From positions 831 to 64,830 of the forward strand of contig JAIORP010000206.1 in the NCBI GenBank assembly GCA_021108075.1: DNA of 64,000 nucleotides, read 5' to 3'. This document shows positions 1 to 12,700 of the stretch, one piece after another. Under the pieces are notes generated by a model that had not been told where the DNA came from, did not search any database, and saw only the letters and a list, made by a program, of their open reading frames with translations. The stretch's first letter is position 1, and each line of letters opens with the position of its first letter. The stretch comes from Candidatus Omnitrophota bacterium (lineage in GTDB: Bacteria; Omnitrophota; Gorgyraeia; Zapsychrales; Zapsychraceae). The translations under genes and the position numbers were made by a program.

Positions 1-2
1 GC

Positions 3-770
3 CTTACCCTTGAGCAGGCGAACAACACTCAGCACACCTTCGGTTAATTTCAGACGGTCATTGTGCATAAACAGGCGTTGGTATTTTCTTGAATAGCCCG
101 TATGATCCCAGTAATCTTTCGGATACGTTCTTAAGGCGGCTGGAACAGATGTGTGGGTCGCGAAAACCAGACGTGTGCCTTCAAAGTAAGGATTTTCTAA
201 CACGGCCGGTGCGGTTAATGATGTGGCGGCTTCGTTTAAGTGCAAGACATCCGGTTTAATGTTCAAGCCCTTCATCACAGCGGCGGTGCCTTTACCCAAT
301 AACAATTCTTGCAGGAAGCGGTCCCATTCACCGGTTTCGGCATAAATTTCATCGGTAATGATTTCATTCACGTCTTCGATATAAATGACGGTTGCCCGGC
401 CGCCCTGACCAGAATCAAACACCTGGCGCCATGCCTGCACCTGCATCATCATCATGCGGCGGCTTGGGCCGACAGGCATTAAGATGTTAAACATCCGGGC
501 TTCACCTGTCTCGTCATCAACAATCAATTCAATGTTCTCGACATTGTTTTGGTAATCAGCGACATACCGCTCTCTTCGATATTGTCCGTCTTCACCTTTA
601 ACCGGTTTGCGTCCGTGGCGATATTTCAGCGTGAAGAACAGCATGTCCGCGCCTGGCAGGTCAGTCGCGCCGTAAACCGTGTCAGCCGCCAGCTTCCCTA
701 ATCCTCCGGCGAAAACGGAACCGGGGATCGCGATCTCACTGCTGACATAGGTCACGACCTTTCCGGCCAT
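3..770 (-). other. Domain: alpha-glucan (glycogen/maltodextrin) phosphorylase GT35, N-terminal part; continues past the window edge
   Basis: YVSSEIAIPGSVFAGGLGKLAAD, RFLQELLLGKG, DVLHLNEA and VFATHTSVPAA match the GlgP motifs SGGLG.LAGD, RL.QE..LG.G, HLNE and FTTHT.VPAG. Confidence 0.85.
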
Positions 771-3700
771 TTGATGAACGACTCTGCTGACCCAGCTGCG
801 GGCTTTAACCGGCATACGTGGTAATACCGCACCGACCTTGACGGTCTTCACTCCGGTCCTTCGGCGTAATTTCAAGTCTTCTACTAAGGCTTTAAAGACC
901 ATTTTAAATTTCTCGTAACTGACTGGTGTTTCTCCTTCAAATCGTGGTTGAATTTGATTAAACCATGATCTTAATTCCTCAACATGCGGGTAAGGTTTCA
1001 AAATCGTATTAACATAAGCGATGAAATCACCAATATGATGTCTGATAGATTCATCCATATCATCCTGCGTCTGATCATAGAAATATTTCAGGCCGGCTGC
1101 CTTGGCGTTCACGCGGTCATATTCATGGCCATCTTGATCAAGCAAGGCAAAACTGAACGGACCAACACTGTCTGTCGTGTAGAGCAAACTGAAAACCTGC
1201 TGGTCGCTTAAACCAGCAGCAAATATTTTCGCCTTTTCTTTACCCTTTCTGACGTCCTCGACCAACTCACTAAGCGACAGTGAATAGTCCCGACCGAACC
1301 GCGTTGCCTGTTGCTGTTGCGCTTCATCCAATGCATCTATCGGTGTCGCCTTAAAGGACGTGCCTGATAAGATGGAAGATTTAAAGGTCACATCGGCTAG
1401 CATATCAACATCATTATTTGTTCGGCTGAGGAAACGGTATTCCATCAAACGGTTTTCATCATGGCTTTGATTATTGATTTCATGGATAAAGATACGCGTG
1501 AAGCGTAACATTTGTTCGAAATCGGAAAGTTCCTGGACCCGGTTTAAGAAGGCGCGTTCCATATAGACGATGCGTTCTTGATCTGATTCCAGGTAGGTCG
1601 CCCCGAAAGTAATTCGGTCTGCTTCAATAACAAGTACTTTCACAGGAGGGCCACGTGTCAAATTGTCGCGATAAACGGATAAAAATTTAATGGCCCATCC
1701 CAGGTGATCTTTCATGCGTTCTGTTTCGTCATTGACTTTCAGACGACCATCATGAACAGCCGATAAATATTGCTTTAACTGCGCCTCTTCTTTGACTTCA
1801 TCTTCGCCGAGATAACCGGTATCGTTACGGCCCTTGTCGTCATCCTTCCTGTTCCGCTCCTGCCGTTTCTGTTTCCAAATCTGGACCAATGCGAATGTGG
1901 TCATATTTTCGATCACGCGTAAAATTGGGAAGGCCAATTCACCTTCTCTGTCTCTTTTATGATAGAAGGATTCATCATCCGTCGGACCTTTTTGTTTCTC
2001 AATAATCTCTTTAATGGCCAGGCGGATTAAGACATACGTAACATATCCGGCCCTTGATGGATTTTGCTTAACATAAATTGTGACATTGCTGTTAACAGCC
2101 GTATTGATTTCCTCAAATCTTTGACTGGATTTTAATATCTCTAACCCGGCTAATTTCCTGATCTTAGCCTTAGACGTGCGCTTTAATGTCCCTGTGATTT
2201 GATACGTATCGTCCTGGCCTTCTACGTTTCTGATCATATCTAAAATTATCAAGGCCCGGAGCGTCGCAGCTTCAAAACGGCCAGCCGCCATAACTTCCAC
2301 GCTTAATGTTTCTTGTTCAGCTTTTAATGTCTTAAGAACATCCGCAATGGAACCGCTCAGATCAATTTGAACGACTGGCTCGTCCTCTTCAACTATCGGT
2401 GTTTCCTCAACTACAACTTCCGGGTCAGCCGCGCTTTCTTCTGATTCTTCCTGTTTATCATCTTCCGTTTTTGTTTCTTCTATTTGCGGATTCAAGAAAC
2501 TTTGTGTTAAGCAATACCATGCCCAGCCAGCCTCTTCAACCTGCGAATCTAATTCCAGGACTTTCAAGCGGACCAATTCAGCCAATGTGTCCTTATCAAA
2601 AAACATGCCGTCGATGACGCTGCTCTCAAAAAGATCCAGTCTGGACCGCAGTTCCGCCATGACCTCCTGGACAGAACCGCTTAAACGAATGTCGCGTCTG
2701 GTCGCGCCAAAGATCATTTCGATCTCGCTGCCGTTTTTCAATGTGATTCTGTGGCTGTAGAAAAATTTTCTTGTATCTTTAATCGCAGCGCCACCTCTAT
2801 CACTCAATCCTTTAATCAAGTGGCTGACCAATTCATGATAAAGGATCTGCACCTGCGTGTCCGCTCTCAGGGCGAAGAAATAGGTATGCAGCACAACACG
2901 CTTTTGTGTTCCAGCGATCTGATAAGAAGCGACCTGACCGTCTGTTTCACGCTCATCCGTGGTAATGATGAACACAACGTTGTTCAATAATCGATTCAAT
3001 TGTTCGGCCAATGCCTGACCGTAAAGATCACCTAGCTTGACCTCATAGAACGGTGGTCCGCGTCGCTGTATTTCTTCGAACAAGTCTTTCAATCTTAATA
3101 AAAAGATGCTGTCTTGTTCTTTAGCCAAAGCATCCCCGCCCACAGAAGCTATGGTCTGATCTTGAAGGGTAAAGACGGTTCTTTGCGGTGTCTCAATGTT
3201 TTCATGGAAGGCCTGCGGAATAGCCAATGGATAATTCTTCGAATCTTTTTGTTGTTCATCCAACGCTGAGTATTCACCTTCTTGCGCGGTTACACCCAAT
3301 TGAGCGAGATATATCTCATCATTGACCGTCTCAGCTGTTACCCGATCAACCCTATCCTCAATGTTAAAGGCATTAAGAACCAAGCGGGCATATTCTTTTT
3401 TCTGTTCAAGCGAGGCAGTGGCCAGCAGCATTTGTTTAAAGATATCTCGTGCTTGTTGAAGGATTTCTTTTGGACCGACTTTCCCGTGATGGGTCTCTAA
3501 CCATGACATCCATTGTGCCTTCGCGAACAAAAGATTTGTCGCATGCCTTCTATTTTCATCCCAAATTCGAGCCTGCGCTAAAACGGATTCAAGCGAATAT
3601 GTTCCCGGGTCTTCTCCCCTCGGCCTGACGGCATTTCCGAGATAGTTCAGGAATGCGTCGGTTGGTTGAATGTATCCTCTGGCCAATAAATCATCAATGA

Positions 3701-6700
3701 GCCGAGGATCAAAGCCGCGCCTGTCAATAGACAGCACGCCAGCGTCTTCAACAGCAAAAAATTGCCTGATCGTTGGATCAATGAGATAAACACGTTGACT
3801 GCCTGTCAGGCGGATCATTAAGAAACTATGAGGGTATGATCTGAAAGAATAGATATCCTGCGTATAGACGTCAAAAATTTCAATGCGGCCTTTTGTTATT
3901 TTGTAAATGTTCGCGCGGATCTGATCTTTAGCGCCGCCACAGCATCCGGAAAGCTGTGCACCGGAGAAATACAGCCGTTGCTCCTGATATTGATGGTCTG
4001 TATTAAACTCTTCGGCCGTTGAACGTGCATACTGGAGGTGTTCCTCTTGCCATTGGGCGATGGCCTGTTGAATGACAATTTCGAGGTCTCGTTCTGTTAC
4101 CGGTTCTCCCCTTAAGAAGCGGCCTCGCGCGCCTTCGAATTTGTCTTGATCCGGTTGAACAAATTGAGGCATCGGTCCTTCTTTTTGCATATCAGCTAAT
4201 AACTGCGTTTCCTTCCGTGAGAGCGTTTCTGTTTCCATACTTTCGGCCTCCGCGAAAGCGTATGCTTCAGGAACGGCCTGTCTGTTTTGCGGCTTTGCTC
4301 CCCAAATCCCTCGGATAGCTTCCTTTTCCGGAACACGTAAGCGCCGGAAGTACCCAGAAGGCATCTCCATAAACATGTCAAACCAATAAATAGCGATTGA
4401 ATAGTCCTGAGGTCTTTGAATGTGCAGCCGTTCTAAGAGCATGGCGCTACCATGGTCAATCAGGTATAACCGGCCGGTTCGAACATCCACGCCCCAATTA
4501 TGCGCCCGAGATAAATCTCTGTAGTAAATGCCTCTGGATATTAATTCAAGGATGATATCGTGCGCCTGGGCGTCCGTAAAGACTTCACCGTATCCGGGAA
4601 CCACTAACCTGTTTGGTAAATCCGTGTATTCATTTTTGACATACACTTTAGGACGGACAACAATGAACGCTTGATTCTGAACGTTTCCATCGACGCGCAC
4701 ATCGATGTCGAATAACACACTAAACGGCAATAGAATTCCGCCCATGGTTTGTTTAATAAAATTCAGCTCTTTAATATATTTGTCTTTCTCATCCACGTAT
4801 TTCGCCCTGAGCAGGCCGATCTCATATGGGACGCTTTGATCTCGGGCCGCATAATATGTGAAGCTGCCGCCTTGACGGCCGATCTGCTCCCAATCATCCC
4901 TCGCCATAACAAAATCTTTTAAGCTCATTAAACCGTCTTTATCTGTTTTCAATGCGGAGGCAATGTCCATTATGCCTGTTCTCAGATAAGCCAGTAACCG
5001 GCTATCCGGCATCGACCCGTCCGCTGCAGGGATGCTTTCTAAATATTGCTGTTCCATCCGGCGGTTTTCTTGATGTGAACGATTGTTCAGCTCATGAATA
5101 AAGATGCGGATATAAAGCCGTTCTTGTTCTTTGGCGTCTAAAGATTGAACGCGCGTCAGGAATCCTTCTTCGATGTAGATGATGCGTTGCCGTGCTGTTT
5201 CAAAATATGTCGCGCCGAACGTGACCGTATCGGTTTTAATAACCTGGACCTGGACCGGCGGGGCGCGTGTCATTTGAGGTTGACGCGCTGATAAAAATTT
5301 CTCAGCCACAGAAAGGTACCGAATATATTCTTCCGTTTCATCGGCAATAACGATCCGGCCCACAGCAGCTTCAACTTTATATCGACGCAATTGTTCTTTT
5401 TCTGCCGCAGGGTTCTCTTCTAAATATCCGCCATCACCTTTCACATCACAGGCAGCGCCATCGACAGCTTGAATGCGGTTCAGTTCGGCAACCATATCTT
5501 TGGCCCAGGAATAGACGTAAACATCTAACGTCGGTAGTTGTGGATTATCAGCTAACCCGAGGTTAAGGGCCTGACTATCGATCAGGATATGAATGTTGAC
5601 CTTGAAGTGTTCCGCCAGAGCTTTCATCTCTCCCTTGAACGCCGGGCTCGATAATGTTGCGAGTTTAGCAAAAACGGTGAGTTGATGACCTTTTTCTTTT
5701 TCCTGCTCTTCATGTTTAAAAATCCATTCTAATGGGAGATACATCGCAGCCCATTGATAATCCGGCGATTCACTTAAAGCCTGCATGCTGAACTCGATCT
5801 TACGTTTGATACACCAATCCAAATGACCACCAGTAACAATGAGACGTCGGCCTCTGGCCAGGTCAACCTTCCAGGTCTTGGAACGGTTGATGGTAATACC
5901 GCTGACTTGTTTCTTAAGATGTTTGTACATGTCTTTGAGCGGAACAATACTGAAGAATTGAACCACAGGTATTTCTTGTTCCACCGCTTTAGTTTGCAGA
6001 GCGGCGATTTGTGCCTTAAGGTTTTCCGCGATTTCTTCAAAATATTCCATCAGATCCATCGCATCCGCGCGTTTATCTTTGTATGTAATGTACTCTTCAA
6101 AGTCCGGCATTCTGTTTTCAAGTTTGGCGCGCAAATCAGCGTTTAAGAAATCCGTCATGTAGAAAATCTTTTGGTCGAGCATTTCCATCATACGCTTTTC
6201 ATTGCCGAATTGATTTCTTAACGCCTTGGCTTGCGTCTCGGTCGCGATCAGGATAATATCCGCCTGCTCGATCATGGACACATAAACCGGTTTCATGTAA
6301 TGCACCCTGAAGTAAAAACTGCGTAAGCGGTTAACCAGCATCGGATCATCCGCTGTTTTAATAAATCTCAGCACCTCTCGAACATCTTCATCCCATCGGT
6401 CCCTTGCGTCCAGGAACTTCGCTTTGCGCAGTGTCGAGCTGGTACCCGCGGATACCGCTGCCACATCATCCAGATCGCCTTTCAAGACCATCTCAAGCAT
6501 TGGGCTGCGGTTGCGGTTGGCATTGCATAAGCAAAGAATATTCTCAACTTTGCTGATACCTCTCTTTCGAAGCTTTGATTCTTTATTATTCGGCGAAGAC
6601 ATAACCATACCGACGATGGACATACCCGCTAAGGCCATCCAATGATACAGATCTAGGCTGTCTGGAGTGACCGTTTCCAATCCGGTTGCCGCATAGAGCG

Positions 6701-9700
6701 TTGTCGGCATCAATAAGATCATAACGACGAAGACCTTCTTCAGCGCGGAACAGACAGCGTTCATCACTTTCAGGAGCTTATTACGCGTTGAAACATCTCT
6801 GGAAACCTCTTTGTCCTGAACATTTCCGATGATTGTTTGCGCTTGCTCGAATGCGTTCATTTCTTCACTGATGTCGACGTCATCGGTCCATCCTGTTAAG
6901 GCACGTATTTCTCCATCCACAAATTGTATCATTCGCGCGTAAAAATCGATCCAGTACTGTCGGTTCGCCTCTAACAGTTCTGGAACATCCTGTCTCATGA
7001 ATAAATTCCGTTTTCTCGTCTCAAGTTTCCTTAACTTTAACATTAATGCTTCCAGCTGTTCTGCCTTTTCGTCCGCATGCGTTTGAAGCAATTCTGACAT
7101 CTGCCTTTCATCCCAATCTGTTTTATTCAAGATGCGTTCAACGATTTTTTCTGTTAAAGTGTGTACTTTGTTATACCGATCTGATTCCCGTAAGACATAC
7201 TCGATCAACTCATGCAATAATATGTCTTCAACGGATTTCTTATTGATCCAGGACCATTCAATGTACAGGACATAAATATCATTTTCTTTAAGGAGGATCG
7301 CTCCAAAAAGCGGTCGGGTCGAATGGGTGTTGACCATGTGCACGGCATCAATAAAACGGTTATTACTCATCGGCGGGCCTGTCTCCAATCCTTGCTTAGC
7401 GAATAACTTTGATGCTTCTCCATGGACAAATGGTTGCGCGGCGCTTAACTCGCCCGCGTATGCCGGCAGACTTCTCTCGATAGCGTGAACCCAACCAAAT
7501 TCTTTGGATACTTTGATTATGTTTTGAATTTCGGCTAATGTCCGTTGCCCTGTTCCTCCCAGCGGCTGTTGATCTTTACTGCCTGCGGTTGTTTGTCTGT
7601 CCGTTCCAGAATTATTCTCAGGATCAACCGTATCTTCTTTATTTCTTCTTGGTCTCAGCAATCTTTTTTGCAACTGCAGTTCCACGGCCTTGCTGATGAC
7701 CCTTAATGTTCGCTCTTTATCGGGACGGCCGGTGCTTTGTGCTATTTCAATAAGCTCCGGCAAGGACTCAGACATCTCAAGCAGAGATTTATGTCCATAC
7801 CATTCCATAAAATTTTCACCATCAGATAAATATCTCAAGAACGCGACCTGCTCTTCACTTAATCCTTCGGTATCAGTCAATGTCAGGTCGCTAATATCAA
7901 CGACTTGCTGCTGAGTCTGACCCTTTGCCATATCCGATTCTAAGAAGCCCCATTGTCTTAACCCGGTCACCTTACCATTTTCATCCCGCTTGAAGAATGA
8001 CACATAAGCGCCCCTATCGCTATAACCTTCTGCTAATTCATAGTCGACATTCATCAATCCGCTTCCGGTTTCCGGTGATAACACAATCCAGGGTAATGCT
8101 GTTTGAGGATCATTGAATTTCTTTCTTTCGTTATGCCCGATGATCATCATAAATGATGCCTGTCTGTTCGAGAATTGGCTTGCCCGGGCACCGATCAGGC
8201 CATTATTAAATCCTCGCGGTCCTCCGTTCTCCATAAATTTAATGACGGAAACCGGCTTAATATGCGCATCGATATCCGAAAACCATTCCATGACGATGGT
8301 GAACGCCTCGCCCAACTCTTCCCACATCTTGTTTCTAAAACTTTCAGAATTCGGCAATGTCTCCATGCCTTCGAAATAACTACGGATATCTTCTTGGATC
8401 ACCTCATACGCCTCGATACCGTGATGCCCCTTGTAATGAACATTTAATGTCCGTGTTTTAAAATCGATCGGTGGAAGCGCGTGTATGTTTAAGTTTCCGA
8501 TAATATCAATGTAGAATATTCTGAAATTCTGCAATTCCCAAAGGGTGCGTTCTTTCACTTCCGGATTATCCATATAATTATCCAATGTGACTTCTTCAAA
8601 ACTTATCGGTTCAATGTCAAGTTCACGCTCAGCATTGATTTCCATAATCCGACGGTTATACGCATTTCTCTTCTCTCTAATGTATTCCAGGGTTTGACTG
8701 AAAATATCCGGAAGCGGCAATTCGACCTGCCGTGTATAACCGGCATCCTCTTTATTGAGTTCGTTCTCCTGGCGAATCTTCGCATTGATTTTCTTAATCC
8801 GCTTCATCTCAGGTTCAATGCTGACACGGTAAGCCGTGATATCAATCAGCTCTAATTCTTCAAGGCCGTGTTGTCTGAAAATAATATTCGCTCTATGAAT
8901 TTCGGCATTTAAATAATGTTCATTAACGCGGTCAAATTCAATGGTTGTCCAGCCGGCATGCTCAATAGCATCCTTTGCAAAATATCCGACACCATGTTTC
9001 GCTTTCATATTAACACCTTTAATAAACTGAACACCTAACACGCCGAGCGCTCTTGCGATGTCATGGTTACCGGCAAATACTTTTGCTTTACCTGTATCAC
9101 GCAACCATTTAACGAGATTGAAAAGTCCCCGAGGATCATTGCCCCGGTCATATTTATCGTTTAATCCAACAAACCTGATATCTTTTGAATGGATATCGAT
9201 ACCCGCCAGATCCAATGCCATCTTTAAATCATCCAGCGTATGTATTCTTCTGTAGATGTCCGGACCCAGTCCGAGTGAATGACCGATTAACGCGGCCGCG
9301 CGCCTGAATCCGCCGTGAAGGTCCTGCAATGTCACAATTTGAGGTATCTCTCCGGATCCGGGCTCTCGCAGTTCCTTATCCATTTCTTCTCTTAACCACA
9401 TTAATTCAATCAAACGTTGTTCGCCCTTATTAATAAAATCAAACAGCATAACATTCACGGCCAACCGCAATAAGCGGTTATCCAGCATGGAATAGTTTGT
9501 TTCATGAAGGGAAAGATTATTCGCTAAAACATGATACGCTTGCGGGGAGATAAAGCTAACCGTACTGTTCGGATCTATTCGGGCGGGATTATCTTCTGCT
9601 ATTAAGGATAGCCATATGGCAACAATGCCGTTATAGACCATTGTAAATTTCTTTGCGTCAAAAAGTTTAAGGACGATAAACATTCTGTATTTTATCGGCA

Positions 9701-12700
9701 ACTCGTATAGCCTGTGTTCACTCATCAGCCTCTGGATGAACCGCTCTAAATCAAAAGTATTTTGATTGTTCATGGTGAGGCTGCCACGCTCATCTTTCCA
9801 GTCTTCAAGGACCTTAAGAGCGGTAAAATATCTTTGACGGTATTTTTTGTCATTTACAGCAGAAACTTTCTTCGCGAACCATTTTCTATAAGCCCGGATC
9901 AGCAGGATGCCCAGCGCGCCGGCCGCGAGAATAATCCCGAAGGCCGCTATATTTCCAACAGATACAACCCCGAAACCTGAAAGGTCTGCTTGCTGAACGC
10001 TAACAACTTCACTGGCATATTCGGTCGCGGCAAAAACCGTTTCGCCGAAAAATAGAATGGCGCCAGCTGTCAGCAACGCCATTTTTCGTTTCATATGCTT
10101 TAATGGTCGTCGGTTATTTTTATCGTTTTGATTTACCCAAAACTTGGAAATAATATCACTGACAGGCATCTCAAATCTAACAATATTTGTATCATCAATC
10201 CCGGAGTAGAAGACAACATTATCGCCTTCCAGTCTTACGCCTGTCGCATAATTAATACCTTTGACTTTCTCAAGTGCGCCTTCATGATTTATAAACTTTA
10301 ATTGTGTTGAATCATGAAGAATAACCGGTGTTCCTAGAGGGCTTAAATTATCTTTGCGCAGTAAGACGACTGCCGTGTGGTAATATTTCTCTTCCGGACC
10401 CATGATAATTGCCATGTGGCTGATCGCAATTTTAAAAATATCTTGAGGTCTTTCTATGATTGTGTTAAATCCGCTATGCGATTTTTTAACAAGCGATATA
10501 CGGGCTTCAACCCGACATGAAATCTTCACGAACTTCTTAATAAATGTGATCGCCCTTGATTGGATAGTTTCGACCATCTTCACAATAGCAGGATGACGAA
10601 TAATGATATGAACAAATGGCAATCTAATGACATCCTGGAAGGAGGACGTGACACGTATTTTCGTCGCATCTTTCACGCTATGTTCGCGCCAATATTCTTC
10701 AGGAGGATAAAGCACATTGTTCATATCATCAAATAGATATATCTGAACAGCTCTATGTCCATCAACAGGTTCTTCCGCGCGGTCAATCAATCCAATTCTT
10801 CCCTCAAGCAATTCTGTTAGATATGTATTCTTAGAGAATTTGTTGGGACGTGCAATCCTGATGTCTTTTGACTTTGGCCGGCCCATTTCATCTATGTAAG
10901 CGAACTCACTGTGCCATGCGCCATCAGCAACCTTCACATAAACAGCACCTAATTGACCGTTAATTTGTGTTATGCGAGGATCCTCCCCATTTTCAATAAG
11001 AAGTTCAGATAACTTGAATTTAATACCTTCTGTATCCTCTGTGTCACGGACTAAAAGAACGATATCGCTGTTGTGTTCCTTGAAAGGATTATCTTCTCTG
11101 GAAATCCTTCGGGCCATTAAGTTGCCGTTTGGTAATACGGCCGGATTCAGGTACCGATCGTTCTTATCACTATCATCAACATAGATCAATTTTCCTATCG
11201 GATAAGAGTCTTGATGTTTCAAAGCGACGATTCTATTCTTGATCCATTTGAATAACAAGGAAACAACCACAAAACCTATGACACCGAGGACAAGCCAACC
11301 CCCTCCGCTGAAAACTGCTACGCCTGTGACATCAAATCCAAAAATAATATAATCAACAAGTGATCCTCCGAAGACCGTCCAGACAACGAACAGACCGGCA
11401 ACAGCGGATGATCGTAACTCTATCGAGGGGGATTTAGAAGCTTTCTTTTGGACAGGATCTGCTGATTTGTCTGTTAACAGCGGTTGCTGATCAACGTGTT
11501 CTTGAAGCGCCTTCCATGAAATCCATCTACCCAGCCTGGTCAACGCGGCAAAAGACTGCGCGTTCATTGTAAGAAATCGGAACGAGTCATGGAAACCATC
11601 TCGTCCAACACCACCGACAGAGAAAAGAAATCGATTTGGCATGATGACCGCGACGCCTTCTGTATCGAAAAGATCTTCCGGACGATAAACACCGACCGCC
11701 TGAATGCCTTCTTCTAATAGATAGTTGAAGATACTGTGCGCCTGGGAAGGACTAACGTGGCTTCCAGACAATAGCGCGACAGAAATGTTTTCAAATCCTA
11801 ATGTTCTTAATCCTGAGACAATATTAACCACTCCGGACGGCATGCGGGAATCAGCCTTATACATCATGCCAATATGAGATATGCCGGCAAATTCACCCTG
11901 CACAGGATGAACCGCTTGAATAATAACCGCGCCGCAGGTGTAACAGCCTTTGGTGAAAATCTTATAATCCTTATGCTGTGCGGAAACCAAAGACATCCTG
12001 TTCGGAGTGACCGTGATCGAGACAACCGCATCGGCATCAACAGGATTGATCTCCGCTCCTTGTTTGCCCAAATCGACATCGATTCTGAAGTTACCCTGCT
12101 TTTGTCCGGACTTGAATAATGCCACTGGATCTGTTTGCGCTTTTTTGGCGCTCCAGGTGATTGAAAACGGATCATGTTCTGCACGGACAACATCCTTTGT
12201 TAATTGATATCCGTTCGCTTTCACGAATGCTTGCTCATTTGCGATAAATAATTCAACCTCACCCGCCATGCGGTGATAACCGGATAACATAAGCTTGTTC
12301 ACGCCCGCCATTCCAGCAGTGAATTCAATCGCGTTATAGTTACTGACGTCATACGTACCGGTCCATGTTCCGATATTCACCAAAGCGATCATTTGCGCTC
12401 TACCGGCATTAATCGCGCTGGTGGTTGAGGCGATAAAATCTTCATCGGTCAGGCTGCCGTTAAAGACGCAATAATCCTGTCCTTCAATAAAACCATTTAA
12501 GCGCATATGCCCACGGGCCTTGAGGAGCTCCGACTGATAAAGTTCGATGAGATCAACATGCCCGGCGCCTAATTTGAAGGCCGCTAAGGAAAGGATGCCG
12601 TCACCGGCGCCCAGGTCAACGATATCCATGTCTTTTAGATTATCATTCATCATATGAATGATTAATGCGGTATTAAAAATTGAGTAACCGGTATAAGCAA

